DNA of 26,251 bases from Fibrobacteria bacterium (lineage in GTDB: Bacteria > Fibrobacterota > Chitinivibrionia > Chitinivibrionales > FEN-1185), in contig JBBIGR010000056.1 of NCBI GenBank assembly GCA_037447435.1, forward strand, positions 1 through 26,251, in the 5' to 3' direction. Positions 16,535-24,061 of this stretch are shown here, one piece after another. The notes beneath the pieces were generated by a model. The model saw only the letters and a program-made list of their open reading frames with translations. It was not told the DNA's origin and ran no database searches. Both the position numbers and the translations under genes were made by a program. Numbering within the stretch: position 1 is the stretch's first letter; the number at the start of each line of letters is the position of its first letter.

Positions 16535-17401
16535 ATGGATACGACCGAAATCGCATTGACCGACAGCCTTCCGCTCACCTGCACGCGGGCGGGCACTTGC
16601 TGCCACGGCAAGACCGTATGGCTTAACCCCTGGGAACTGGCGCGATTGGCAGCGGCAAAGGATTTGACGTCACGCGAGTTTCGCGACCGTTACTGCGAGT
16701 TCGGCGGCATCAAATTGCGTTTTGACACTCCGGCAGGCATAGAAGGACCTTTGCGATGCAGTCAGTATTTGTCCGATTTCGGCTGCAGCGTACACGAGGA
16801 CCGGCCATTGGTATGCCGGTTATATCCTCTAGGACGTGAGCGGCGCGGCAAGGAAGTTCAGTACATACATCAAGGGAGAGTTTTCCCGTGTCTGGGTGCG
16901 TGTCCAAATGTCGTGAATTTGACTCATTTAACGGTAAACGATTACCTTAATGATCAGGACGTGACTGCACACTTTGCGGCTTCGGACGCGTATTTGGAAC
17001 TGATGCAGCAATTGGCGGACGGTGCTTTTGCCCTGCTCATCGAAAGCGGATTGGCCGCATCGGGCGACGGTCAAACGCTTCGATTATGGCGTAAGCTCGG
17101 CAACCAATCTCCCCTACAATTGACAAAGTATTTGGGTTCGGTGTGGATAGATCTTTTGATGCTGCCCGACCTGGGCGATGAATTGGACGATCCCCAAACT
17201 TTTTCAAAGCAGCATCACGATATTCTTCAATCGCAAGCACAATCCTTGTTTGGCAATCTTGGCGATGCTGCCGCAGTGAATAAAGCGTCGGGATTGATGA
17301 TGGGACTGTCGCTGCATCTTGGCAATGGTTTGGGCGCTAATCCATCCGAACTGGCTGCACATTGGATCATGACCGCAAAAAAACTCGGGGCCCAAGAATA
17401 A
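16535..17401 (+). CDS. YkgJ-family cysteine cluster (putative Fe-S/Zn) protein
   Basis: CTRAGTCC, CSQYL...GCSVHEDRPLVCRLYP and CLGAC. Start uncertain (16493 or 16535). Confidence 0.82.
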   Translation: MDTTEIALTDSLPLTCTRAGTCCHGKTVWLNPWELARLAAAKDLTSREFRDRYCEFGGIKLRFDTPAGIEGPLRCSQYLSDFGCSVHEDRPLVCRLYPLGRERRGKEVQYIHQGRVFPCLGACPNVVNLTHLTVNDYLNDQDVTAHFAASDAYLELMQQLADGAFALLIESGLAASGDGQTLRLWRKLGNQSPLQLTKYLGSVWIDLLMLPDLGDELDDPQTFSKQHHDILQSQAQSLFGNLGDAAAVNKASGLMMGLSLHLGNGLGANPSELAAHWIMTAKKLGAQE

Positions 17402-17495
17402 ATCCTGAAAACAAAAGGACCATGGGTTCGTCTCATTTACTCGCTCCGTTATGGGTGCTTCGCAACAACTCTCCCTGTTGCTTATTTCTGCGAAA

Positions 17496-17511
17496 TGGCA
17501 TGCCATTTGCA
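17496..17511 (+). promoter_or_regulatory. Sigma-54 promoter of the MDR oxidoreductase gene
   Basis: TGGCATGCCATTTGCA: GG-N10-GC, near consensus, 51 nt upstream of the ATG. Confidence 0.8.
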
Positions 17512-17561
17512 GCTTTTATATGCCATGATCGACAAATCACCCAAGTATTAGGAGGTTCGGA

Positions 17562-18500
17562 ATGAAAGCTGTGAAGTATTCAAATTACGGTGGAATTGAT
17601 GCACTCGAGATAATCGCTGATGCTGAAAAACCGGTTATCGGGGACGGCCAGGTTCTCGTGGAGGTTGAGGCCGTCAGTATTAACCCGATAGATTTTAAGG
17701 TCAGACTCGGATACATGAAGGATTTCTTCCCGGTGAAATTTCCCGTTACTATCGGCAGCGACTTTGCCGGGATTGTGAAAGAAAGCCGCGGTGGGAATTC
17801 GCAATTTAAGGAAGGCGATAAAGTTTTTGGGAATGGCGTTGTGCTTAACGGCGGGTCCGGATCATTCGCCCAGTTTGTTGAGGCGAATATCGGCAACACC
17901 GCTTTTGCGCCCAAATCAATTGACTTTATCAAAGCAGCGGCTCTTCCGCTTACCGGTGCAAGCGCAATTCAGGCAATTGAGGGAGCAATCAAATTGCAAA
18001 AAGGTCAAAAGATTTTAATACACGGGGGCGCCGGAGGGATAGGAAACATCGCAATCCAATTGGCAAAGTCCATTGGCGCGGAAGTCGCAACGACCGTAAG
18101 TGAACGTGATATTTCGTTTGCAAAAGGATTGGGTGCGGATACGGTTCTGGATTATCATAAAAAGGATTTCGAAACGGTGTTGAGGAATTATGACGCCGTT
18201 CTCGATTTGGTTGGCGGCGATACATTGACAAAATCCTATGAAGTGCTTAAAAGAGGCGGTGTTTTAGTGACTCTTGCGGGACGCCCCGATGAGGAACTTG
18301 CCAAAAAAACCGGCATCACGGCAATGGGGCAGATGACCGCATCGGATACGAAACATTTGGACCGGCTTGCCGAGCTTGTTGACAAAAAAATAGTCAAGAT
18401 TACTGTCGACAAAGTTTTCACGATCGACAACGTCAAGGATGCGTTCACCCACGCGGAACAGAATCATCCCCGGGGAAAGGTAGTTTGTACGGTGAAATAA
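17562..18500 (+). CDS. NADP-dependent oxidoreductase (MDR/quinone reductase-like)
   Basis: SINPIDFK, GSDFAG, AAALPL, ILIHGGAGGIG and RGKVV; AGGAGG RBS. Confidence 0.93.
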   Translation: MKAVKYSNYGGIDALEIIADAEKPVIGDGQVLVEVEAVSINPIDFKVRLGYMKDFFPVKFPVTIGSDFAGIVKESRGGNSQFKEGDKVFGNGVVLNGGSGSFAQFVEANIGNTAFAPKSIDFIKAAALPLTGASAIQAIEGAIKLQKGQKILIHGGAGGIGNIAIQLAKSIGAEVATTVSERDISFAKGLGADTVLDYHKKDFETVLRNYDAVLDLVGGDTLTKSYEVLKRGGVLVTLAGRPDEELAKKTGITAMGQMTASDTKHLDRLAELVDKKIVKITVDKVFTIDNVKDAFTHAEQNHPRGKVVCTVK

Positions 18501-18536
18501 AAGGCCGCAAAGGTACCTGCGGAGCGCTTCATCTTA

Positions 18537-18564
18537 TACCCTTCTCCACACGCGGAGAAGGGTA
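18537..18564. terminator. Hairpin between convergent genes
   Basis: TACCCTTCTCC-ACACGC-GGAGAAGGGTA, an 11-bp stem; no canonical U-tract follows it on either strand. Confidence 0.5.
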
Positions 18565-18626
18565 AAAAAAAGTGACTATGATCCTCATCATACCACTCCG
18601 CTTTCTACCTGTACCTATATCGCCTG

Positions 18627-19526
18627 TCAGTAATGAAGAACAGGAAACGTATACGTGTTATTCAATTGACGCAAGCGGACCAGAACCGGGCCCGAGGAAA
18701 TATGGGACAGCGGTATGGTTAATCTGTTTCCGATGAACGGAAAAACATCGATTTCTTGCAAACGTCGCCCTTTGAGGTCAAAAACCGAAAAGTGGGTACA
18801 GTCAGGGGTTCGCGAACCAAAATCAATGACCAAACTATTTCCCTGTATTATTGTCGAAAGCGGATGCTTTTCGGAAATACCGGTTTTTGTAAAGCGAGTC
18901 CCTGTATGTGGCGCGTACAAGCCATCAAGAAATTTTTCGCCGTTCAGTGGTAAACCATTAAACAGCAAGAGATACTTTGTGGAAATATACGCCGTCTTTG
19001 GTGTGCTTATACCCGCAGTACAATACAGCAAACCAATCCCATTAATGCGGTAAGCGCGATCTCCAGACTTGTAGGCGAGGGTGTCTGGAGAGGGATTATC
19101 ACAAAAAATCACATGCGGACTATTTTGATACATAAGACAGCCTATACTATCACTTTTTGGAGTTCGCAAATTGTCAAGAGGTTCTTTTGCCCAGCCTGTA
19201 TCTGTACTGGAATGATGTCTCACGATAATAGACGTAGAATCGGCAATGCACTGGCAGGTATCAATCTTATGCGTTGCAGTAGATATAGGATAATATGAGG
19301 AATCAAAAACAATAGCCGAAAAAATGACTTTGCCGCCATTAGGTGGATTGCTGCTTGTAATATGTATTTGTTCTATAGTGGAATCAACATCCAGGCTTCC
19401 AAAGTTAAAATTATAATGCGTTGATAAATAAGTCCATTGGTTCCCGGCTTTGAATTGCTCTTGTCCAAAACTTTTTCCCATTGTTATATAGGATATAGCC
19501 AAAAATATAAAAATAAAGATCTTCAT
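18627..19526 (-). CDS. Secreted hypothetical protein with T9SS-like C-terminal tail
   Basis: Signal peptide; FKAGNQWTY and INGIGLL motifs; tail VFDLKGRRL...SSGPVLVRL. Confidence 0.7.
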   Translation of the reverse strand: MKIFIFIFLAISYITMGKSFGQEQFKAGNQWTYLSTHYNFNFGSLDVDSTIEQIHITSSNPPNGGKVIFSAIVFDSSYYPISTATHKIDTCQCIADSTSIIVRHHSSTDTGWAKEPLDNLRTPKSDSIGCLMYQNSPHVIFCDNPSPDTLAYKSGDRAYRINGIGLLYCTAGISTPKTAYISTKYLLLFNGLPLNGEKFLDGLYAPHTGTRFTKTGISEKHPLSTIIQGNSLVIDFGSRTPDCTHFSVFDLKGRRLQEIDVFPFIGNRLTIPLSHISSGPVLVRLRQLNNTYTFPVLHY

Positions 19527-19591
19527 AGCATGTCCTTTTTCTTGCTGACTTGTTTCAAAAATTCCTTGCTATGCTTAATAATATACTCGTT

Positions 19592-19608
19592 TTGGCCTTG
19601 TTTTTGCT
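19592..19608 (+). promoter_or_regulatory. Sigma-54 promoter of the TPR gene
   Basis: TTGGCCTTGTTTTTGCT: TGGC, GG-N10-GC and TTGCT, 56 nt upstream of the ATG. Confidence 0.7.
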
Positions 19609-19663
19609 TTCTTTTATATACAAACAGAAAGATCGAACCATAACCTTTCACAAGGAGCACTTT

Positions 19664-20167
19664 ATGAACAATAAACGTACGTTCAATTCCAGATGGCTGG
19701 TATTGCAATGCAGTACGATCGGATTTCTCATCGCAGGGATGGCCGCACCGATAATGGCAAGCGGTTCGGAGTCAAAAGCCTGGCCGGCGGAACAAAAGGC
19801 GACTGCTCCGGAAGCGACGGTTTCACTTTATGACCAGGGAATGAAGGCGGATAAAGCAGGCGATTCAAAGACCGCTTTGGATCTTTTTCAAAAAGCCTTG
19901 AAAAAAGACCAGAAAAATCCCGAGATTATCAATATGATAGCGCATAGCGAGCGAAAACTGGGCATGGTGAACGAGGCCATTATCGATTATTGGAAAGCCC
20001 TGAAGCTGCGTCCAAAATATCCGGAAGCACGCGAATACATGGGTGAAGCCTATATACAAGCCATTCTCCTGGAACTGGAAACGCTGAAAGGTTATGGAAA
20101 AGAGGGTGACGAACAAAGGGAAGATCTTCTGAAAGCTTTCAAGGAAGCTGCAGAGAAAGCAAAATGA
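19664..20167 (+). CDS. Exported tetratricopeptide-repeat protein
   Basis: Signal-like N-terminus; TPR patterns ALDLFQKALKKDQKNPE and AIIDYWKALKLRPKYPEAREYMGEAY; ATG 19664 after AAGGAG. Confidence 0.85.
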   Translation: MNNKRTFNSRWLVLQCSTIGFLIAGMAAPIMASGSESKAWPAEQKATAPEATVSLYDQGMKADKAGDSKTALDLFQKALKKDQKNPEIINMIAHSERKLGMVNEAIIDYWKALKLRPKYPEAREYMGEAYIQAILLELETLKGYGKEGDEQREDLLKAFKEAAEKAK

Positions 20168-20188
20168 AGAATGCCAAATGACAGAACA

Positions 20189-20275
20189 TAAAAAAACGCC
20201 TGCTTTCTTTTTGGGAAAGCAGGCGTTTTTTTTTATGACAGAGACGTTGCAAGCAATTTCTCAAAAAAACCACTA
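20189..20275 (+). repeat. Direct repeat copy 1 (terminator + degenerate REP)
   Basis: Aligns with 21917-22002 over about 80 nt. Confidence 0.8.
20190..20234. terminator. Bidirectional intrinsic terminator (repeat copy 1)
   Basis: A7-CGCCTGCTTTC-loop-GAAAGCAGGCG-T9. Confidence 0.9.
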
Positions 20276-20306
20276 ATTCAGCAACCGCCTCGTAAGTCCT
20301 GCTTCA

Positions 20307-20366
20307 AAACAACCCATAGTTTTATCATGTTTTGCAATGAAACAACCCATAGTTTTATCATATTTT
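20307..20366. repeat. Two direct repeats (22 nt identical, 33-nt period) upstream of the ATPase gene
   Basis: AAACAACCCATAGTTTTATCAT at 20307-20328 and 20340-20361. Confidence 0.9.
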
Positions 20367-20430
20367 CTTGATGTTCCTTCTTTTATTAAGTATACTATGA
20401 GTAGGAAAACCAAATAAATAGGTGATAAAT

Positions 20431-21816
20431 ATGTATAGATCTGCAATAAAATATTTAAAAGAGTGGAAACTTTATCCATCCAGAAAACCGCTTGTGATCC
20501 GCGGTGCGCGGCAGGTTGGGAAGACTTTTATTGTCAGGGAGTTCTCCCAAGAATTTGAAAACTACGTAGAGATTAACCTCGAAACAAACTTGAATGTAAT
20601 ATCCTATTTTGATCGCAGCGATCCTCAAGAGATTGTCGAATTGCTTTCGATTCATTTTAATACCAAAATTGTTCCGGGTGAAACACTTGTTTTTTTTGAT
20701 GAAATACAAGCAGCGCCGAGACTTTTTGCAAAGTTACGATATTTTTATGAGCTCATGCCAAAACTGCATATAATTGCAGCAGGGTCCTTACTGGAATTTA
20801 TACTTAACGAGCATGAATTTTCGATGCCGGTAGGAAGGATAGAATATCTTCACCTTGGCCCAATGGATTTCAGCGAATTTCTTATGTCTACAGGCAACGA
20901 AGCTCTTCTGGCCTTTTTACGAAACTACGAATTAGGCAATGCCTTTCCTGTTCCATTTCATCAAAAACTTGTTTCGCTGTATAAAACATTCCTCATTGTC
21001 GGGGGTATGCCCGAAAGTATCAAGGCATATCTTGACAAAAAGTCTTTTGTCGACTGTGACCGTATAAAGACGAACATAATTGCAACCTATATGGATGATT
21101 TCAATAAATACGGAAAGCGTATCAACCAAAATCTGTTGAAAACCACATTTAAAGCAGTTCCATTACTTATAGGAAATAAAGTCAAATATTCTGCAATATC
21201 AAAAGATAATCGCTCGGCAGAGGTGGCTGTAACTCTCAACCGGTTGTTTATGGCGAAAATTTGCTACCCGGTATATCATACGTCCGCCAGAGGCATTCCT
21301 CTGGGGGCAGGGCAAAATGATAAAGTGTTCAAGCTTTTGTTTCTTGATGTCGGTTTAATTTGCAGTGCGCTGGGCCTTTCGATGACAAACATCGTCAATC
21401 TTGATGAAGTTACGTTAGTAAATCAAGGAGTTGTTTCCGAGCAATTTGTGGGGCAACATCTTTTATATAGGAAAGATTATTATTACGAACCTGAACTTTA
21501 TTATTGGAACAGAGAGAAAGCCGGTTCTAATGCCGAGGTGGATTATGTAATTGCCTATGGTCCGACAATTGTTCCTGTAGAGGTTAAGGCGGGCAAAACC
21601 GGTACCCTTAAATCGTTGCACCTTTTTATAAGGGAAAGAGCGTTAAAAACCGGAGTACGAATAAATCTTGATTTTCCTTCTCAAATGCATTGTGAAGGTG
21701 CCTTGCCAAACGGCGATTCTTATGATTATGATCTCATTTCAATACCATGCTATATGATAGGAGAATTGGACAGGTTTCTCGACGTCAAGCTGAGAAAGGA
21801 CGGAACGAATAACTAA
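20431..21816 (+). CDS. AAA_14 ATPase with DUF4143/PD-(D/E)xK-like C-terminus
   Basis: Walker A GARQVGKT, Walker B FFDEIQ, AAGSLL, PVGR, VGGMPE, KLLFLDVGL and EVDYV...PVEVKAG; ATG 20431 after AGGTGA. Confidence 0.92.
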   Translation: MYRSAIKYLKEWKLYPSRKPLVIRGARQVGKTFIVREFSQEFENYVEINLETNLNVISYFDRSDPQEIVELLSIHFNTKIVPGETLVFFDEIQAAPRLFAKLRYFYELMPKLHIIAAGSLLEFILNEHEFSMPVGRIEYLHLGPMDFSEFLMSTGNEALLAFLRNYELGNAFPVPFHQKLVSLYKTFLIVGGMPESIKAYLDKKSFVDCDRIKTNIIATYMDDFNKYGKRINQNLLKTTFKAVPLLIGNKVKYSAISKDNRSAEVAVTLNRLFMAKICYPVYHTSARGIPLGAGQNDKVFKLLFLDVGLICSALGLSMTNIVNLDEVTLVNQGVVSEQFVGQHLLYRKDYYYEPELYYWNREKAGSNAEVDYVIAYGPTIVPVEVKAGKTGTLKSLHLFIRERALKTGVRINLDFPSQMHCEGALPNGDSYDYDLISIPCYMIGELDRFLDVKLRKDGTNN

Positions 21817-21917
21817 TCCGTTGGATATTCCAAACAGGAAACTACCATATAGGGGATGCCGTCTAAGGGCTAATAACGGCTCAATTGAACCCTATTATTA
21901 CAGGGAATATAGTTACT

Positions 21918-21960
21918 AAAAAAAACGCCGGCTTTCTTTTGAGGAAAGCAGGCGTTTTTT
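21918..21960. terminator. Bidirectional intrinsic terminator (repeat copy 2) shared by the ATPase and enolase genes
   Basis: A8-CGCCGGCTTTC-loop-GAAAGCAGGCG-T6. Confidence 0.85.
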
Positions 21961-21964
21961 AAAG

Positions 21965-21992
21965 GCAGAGACGTTGCTCGCAACGTCTCTAC
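21965..21992 (-). repeat. GTAG-family REP palindrome
   Basis: Minus strand GTAGAGACGTTGCGAGCAACGTCTCTGC: GTAG tetranucleotide plus a perfect AGAGACGTTGC/GCAACGTCTCT stem. Confidence 0.75.
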
Positions 21993-22001
21993 AAACAACT
22001 A

Positions 22002-23516
22002 TTAATGCACTGCAGGGATTTTGACGCCCTTGGGCAAACCATTAAAACCTGCAACAACGGTTTTGATGCCTGCGGCTTTCATTTCTTCTTCGGCGCGAAT
22101 GAGCGGATTGTAGTTCTGAAGGTTGCGTTCGCCGTTCGGCGCGCCGGCCTTGAACCATACGCGTTTGCAAACCGATCCGTACAGAAGCGGCATATAGGGA
22201 AGGAATTCCGATGTACCTTCTGTCGAACGATGCGAGAAGAAAGCGGAGAACCCGCCGTTTTTGATATTTTCAAGCGCTTCGTCGAGAGAAGAAACGCCGA
22301 CCTCTGCAAGCATTTTGAGAACAATGGGCATATCGCCGCGGGCTTCGAGGAATTTTTTAACGCGCGACGCATCGGCAATGCCCAGAGTCACTTCGGAAGC
22401 AAGAGCCGTTTCCGTGAACGTTCCGGCCTGGTTCAATTTGATGAGTACAGCGTTTCCTGCGCGGTCTTTACGGTTTTTAGCGCCCAAAAACGGGATGATA
22501 TATCGAAGCTGTGTTACCGCAGCGTCGTCGAGCACGATTTGCACGCGATCGCCGTATTTTGCGGTCATCATTTTGTGCGCTTCGACGTCGTCTTCGGCGC
22601 CCGGATCTTCCATGGTCACGAAATTATCGGCGCTCTTGACAACAGAATAATCGAAGTCGACAAGCTGTTCGCGGGTCTTTTTGCCCAGGCCCGAGAAACG
22701 CATATCGTACATGTGGTTTTTCTTGAGCTCTTCGCCCTTCTGGATTTCAGAGAATGCATTGTCGGTGCCGATCGCGTATTCTTTTTCGGAAAGGCCGAGT
22801 TGCTTGGCGCATTCCTTGATGCGGCTGAGGCCTTCGAAGTTATCTTTGACCGGGAACACGAAACCGCGTTCTTTTGCCGTTCCGGTCGGGAGCTTGTCGC
22901 GAACAAGGTTCTTTTCGAACTGGCGGAAAAACTTGGTGCCGGTAACGAAAACGTCTTTTACCGATTTTTCCTTCATGGCGAAAAAGAACATTTCCTGGAT
23001 ATCCTGCTTTGTTCCCGGAACATGCTCGCCGCCGCAAACCATGTTGAAGGCGATATTGGGCATGGTAAATGTTTTCATGCCTTTGGGCGCAAGGACCTGC
23101 CATGCTTTGAACCCGGAAGCATTGAGCAATGTCTGGAAGAAAACGGTTGAAGATGCCAAGCATGCGTTGCCGCCCCAAATTTTTTTGTTCGGGCCTGCGC
23201 CTTTGACAAGTTTTAAATCGAATTCTTCACATGCTTTGATGATGTCGAGCGGTGTTTTGATGACGACTTTTTTGGGCAATAACGGAACGATATTTTTTTC
23301 AATCGACTTGATTGCTTTGTCGTTATCGATATAAATGGCTTCATTCTCACCGTCGGAAGTGCCTTTTGCAATGCCGTTTCTTTCATTAATAGTATAGGAT
23401 TCTTTTCCTCTTTGAACAAATGCCGTCATGACGCCTTCCAAAGTAAAATTGGCATACGATGAAAGTATTTCACGGCCTTTGAGCGTGAACTTGGTAATGA
23501 TCGTTTCGTTCGCCAT
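22002..23516 (-). CDS. eno: Highly divergent enolase (phosphopyruvate hydratase) homologue
   Basis: Collinear enolase motifs: GREILSS, GTSDGENEA, GGNA, GGEH, DIQEM, ERGF, MEDP, QIVLDD, LIKLNQAGT, SHRS, KAGAP and YNPLIRAEEE; GGAGG RBS. Confidence 0.8.
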   Translation of the reverse strand: MANETIITKFTLKGREILSSYANFTLEGVMTAFVQRGKESYTINERNGIAKGTSDGENEAIYIDNDKAIKSIEKNIVPLLPKKVVIKTPLDIIKACEEFDLKLVKGAGPNKKIWGGNACLASSTVFFQTLLNASGFKAWQVLAPKGMKTFTMPNIAFNMVCGGEHVPGTKQDIQEMFFFAMKEKSVKDVFVTGTKFFRQFEKNLVRDKLPTGTAKERGFVFPVKDNFEGLSRIKECAKQLGLSEKEYAIGTDNAFSEIQKGEELKKNHMYDMRFSGLGKKTREQLVDFDYSVVKSADNFVTMEDPGAEDDVEAHKMMTAKYGDRVQIVLDDAAVTQLRYIIPFLGAKNRKDRAGNAVLIKLNQAGTFTETALASEVTLGIADASRVKKFLEARGDMPIVLKMLAEVGVSSLDEALENIKNGGFSAFFSHRSTEGTSEFLPYMPLLYGSVCKRVWFKAGAPNGERNLQNYNPLIRAEEEMKAAGIKTVVAGFNGLPKGVKIPAVH

Positions 23517-23753
23517 TATGCAATCCTCCAGAAAAAAGGTTATATAAAAAGGGAAAAATCGCGTTTATTGTGAAACTTGGATAAAATAGTTGATTTGCTT
23601 AAGAGGGAAAAGATGATTGTAAAAGATTAATAAAAGTTTAAAAAGAAATCATTGTTATTTTGGGAGGGGAATTATATACTTATTTAATTAAGTAAATAAG
23701 TTTTTTGAAAATTATCGCCATTTAATATTGTTTAACTTTAAAAGGAGGTTTCT

Positions 23754-23954
23754 GTGGACGCAGTTCTACGCAATCGTATCGAGAAAAAGGCCTATGAAAT
23801 TTTTTTGCATCGCGGCGCTCAGCCCGGTTTTCATTTTGACGACTGGGTAAAAGCGGAAAAAGAAGTTAATGCGGAAATTGCTAAAGAAAAATCGGGCAAA
23901 GCACCTGCCGCTGCAGCCCCGGAGAAAAAGAAAGCTCCGGCAAAAAAGAAATAA
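23754..23954 (+). CDS. DUF2934-domain small protein with Lys/Ala-rich tail
   Basis: IEKKAYEIFLHRG...G...DDWVKAEKE; GTG start after AAGGAGG. Confidence 0.85.
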   Translation: MDAVLRNRIEKKAYEIFLHRGAQPGFHFDDWVKAEKEVNAEIAKEKSGKAPAAAAPEKKKAPAKKK

Positions 23955-23976
23955 AGTAAGCCATCATTTCTAGATT

Positions 23977-24020
23977 AATACACCCTTTATGTCTATTAGG
24001 CATAAAGGGTGTATTTTTTT
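23977..24020 (+). terminator. Intrinsic terminator after the DUF2934 gene
   Basis: AATACACCCTTTATG...CATAAAGGGTGTATT, a long stem followed by a T tract. Confidence 0.88.
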
Positions 24021-24061
24021 ACTCCTTTAAATACGATTATAAAAATGATTTTCAATCCTAT

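Noticed and set aside
20307..20361. Direct repeats as a mini-CRISPR
   Set aside because: Only two copies with an 11-nt spacer, and no cas genes.
20273..20479. 68-aa minus-strand ORF with a repeated DKTMGCF peptide
   Set aside because: A by-product of the DNA direct repeat; it overlaps the ATPase start.
22005..23334. Long antisense ORFs (381 aa, 217 aa) opposite enolase
   Set aside because: Shadow frames of a codon-biased gene; no motifs or RBS.
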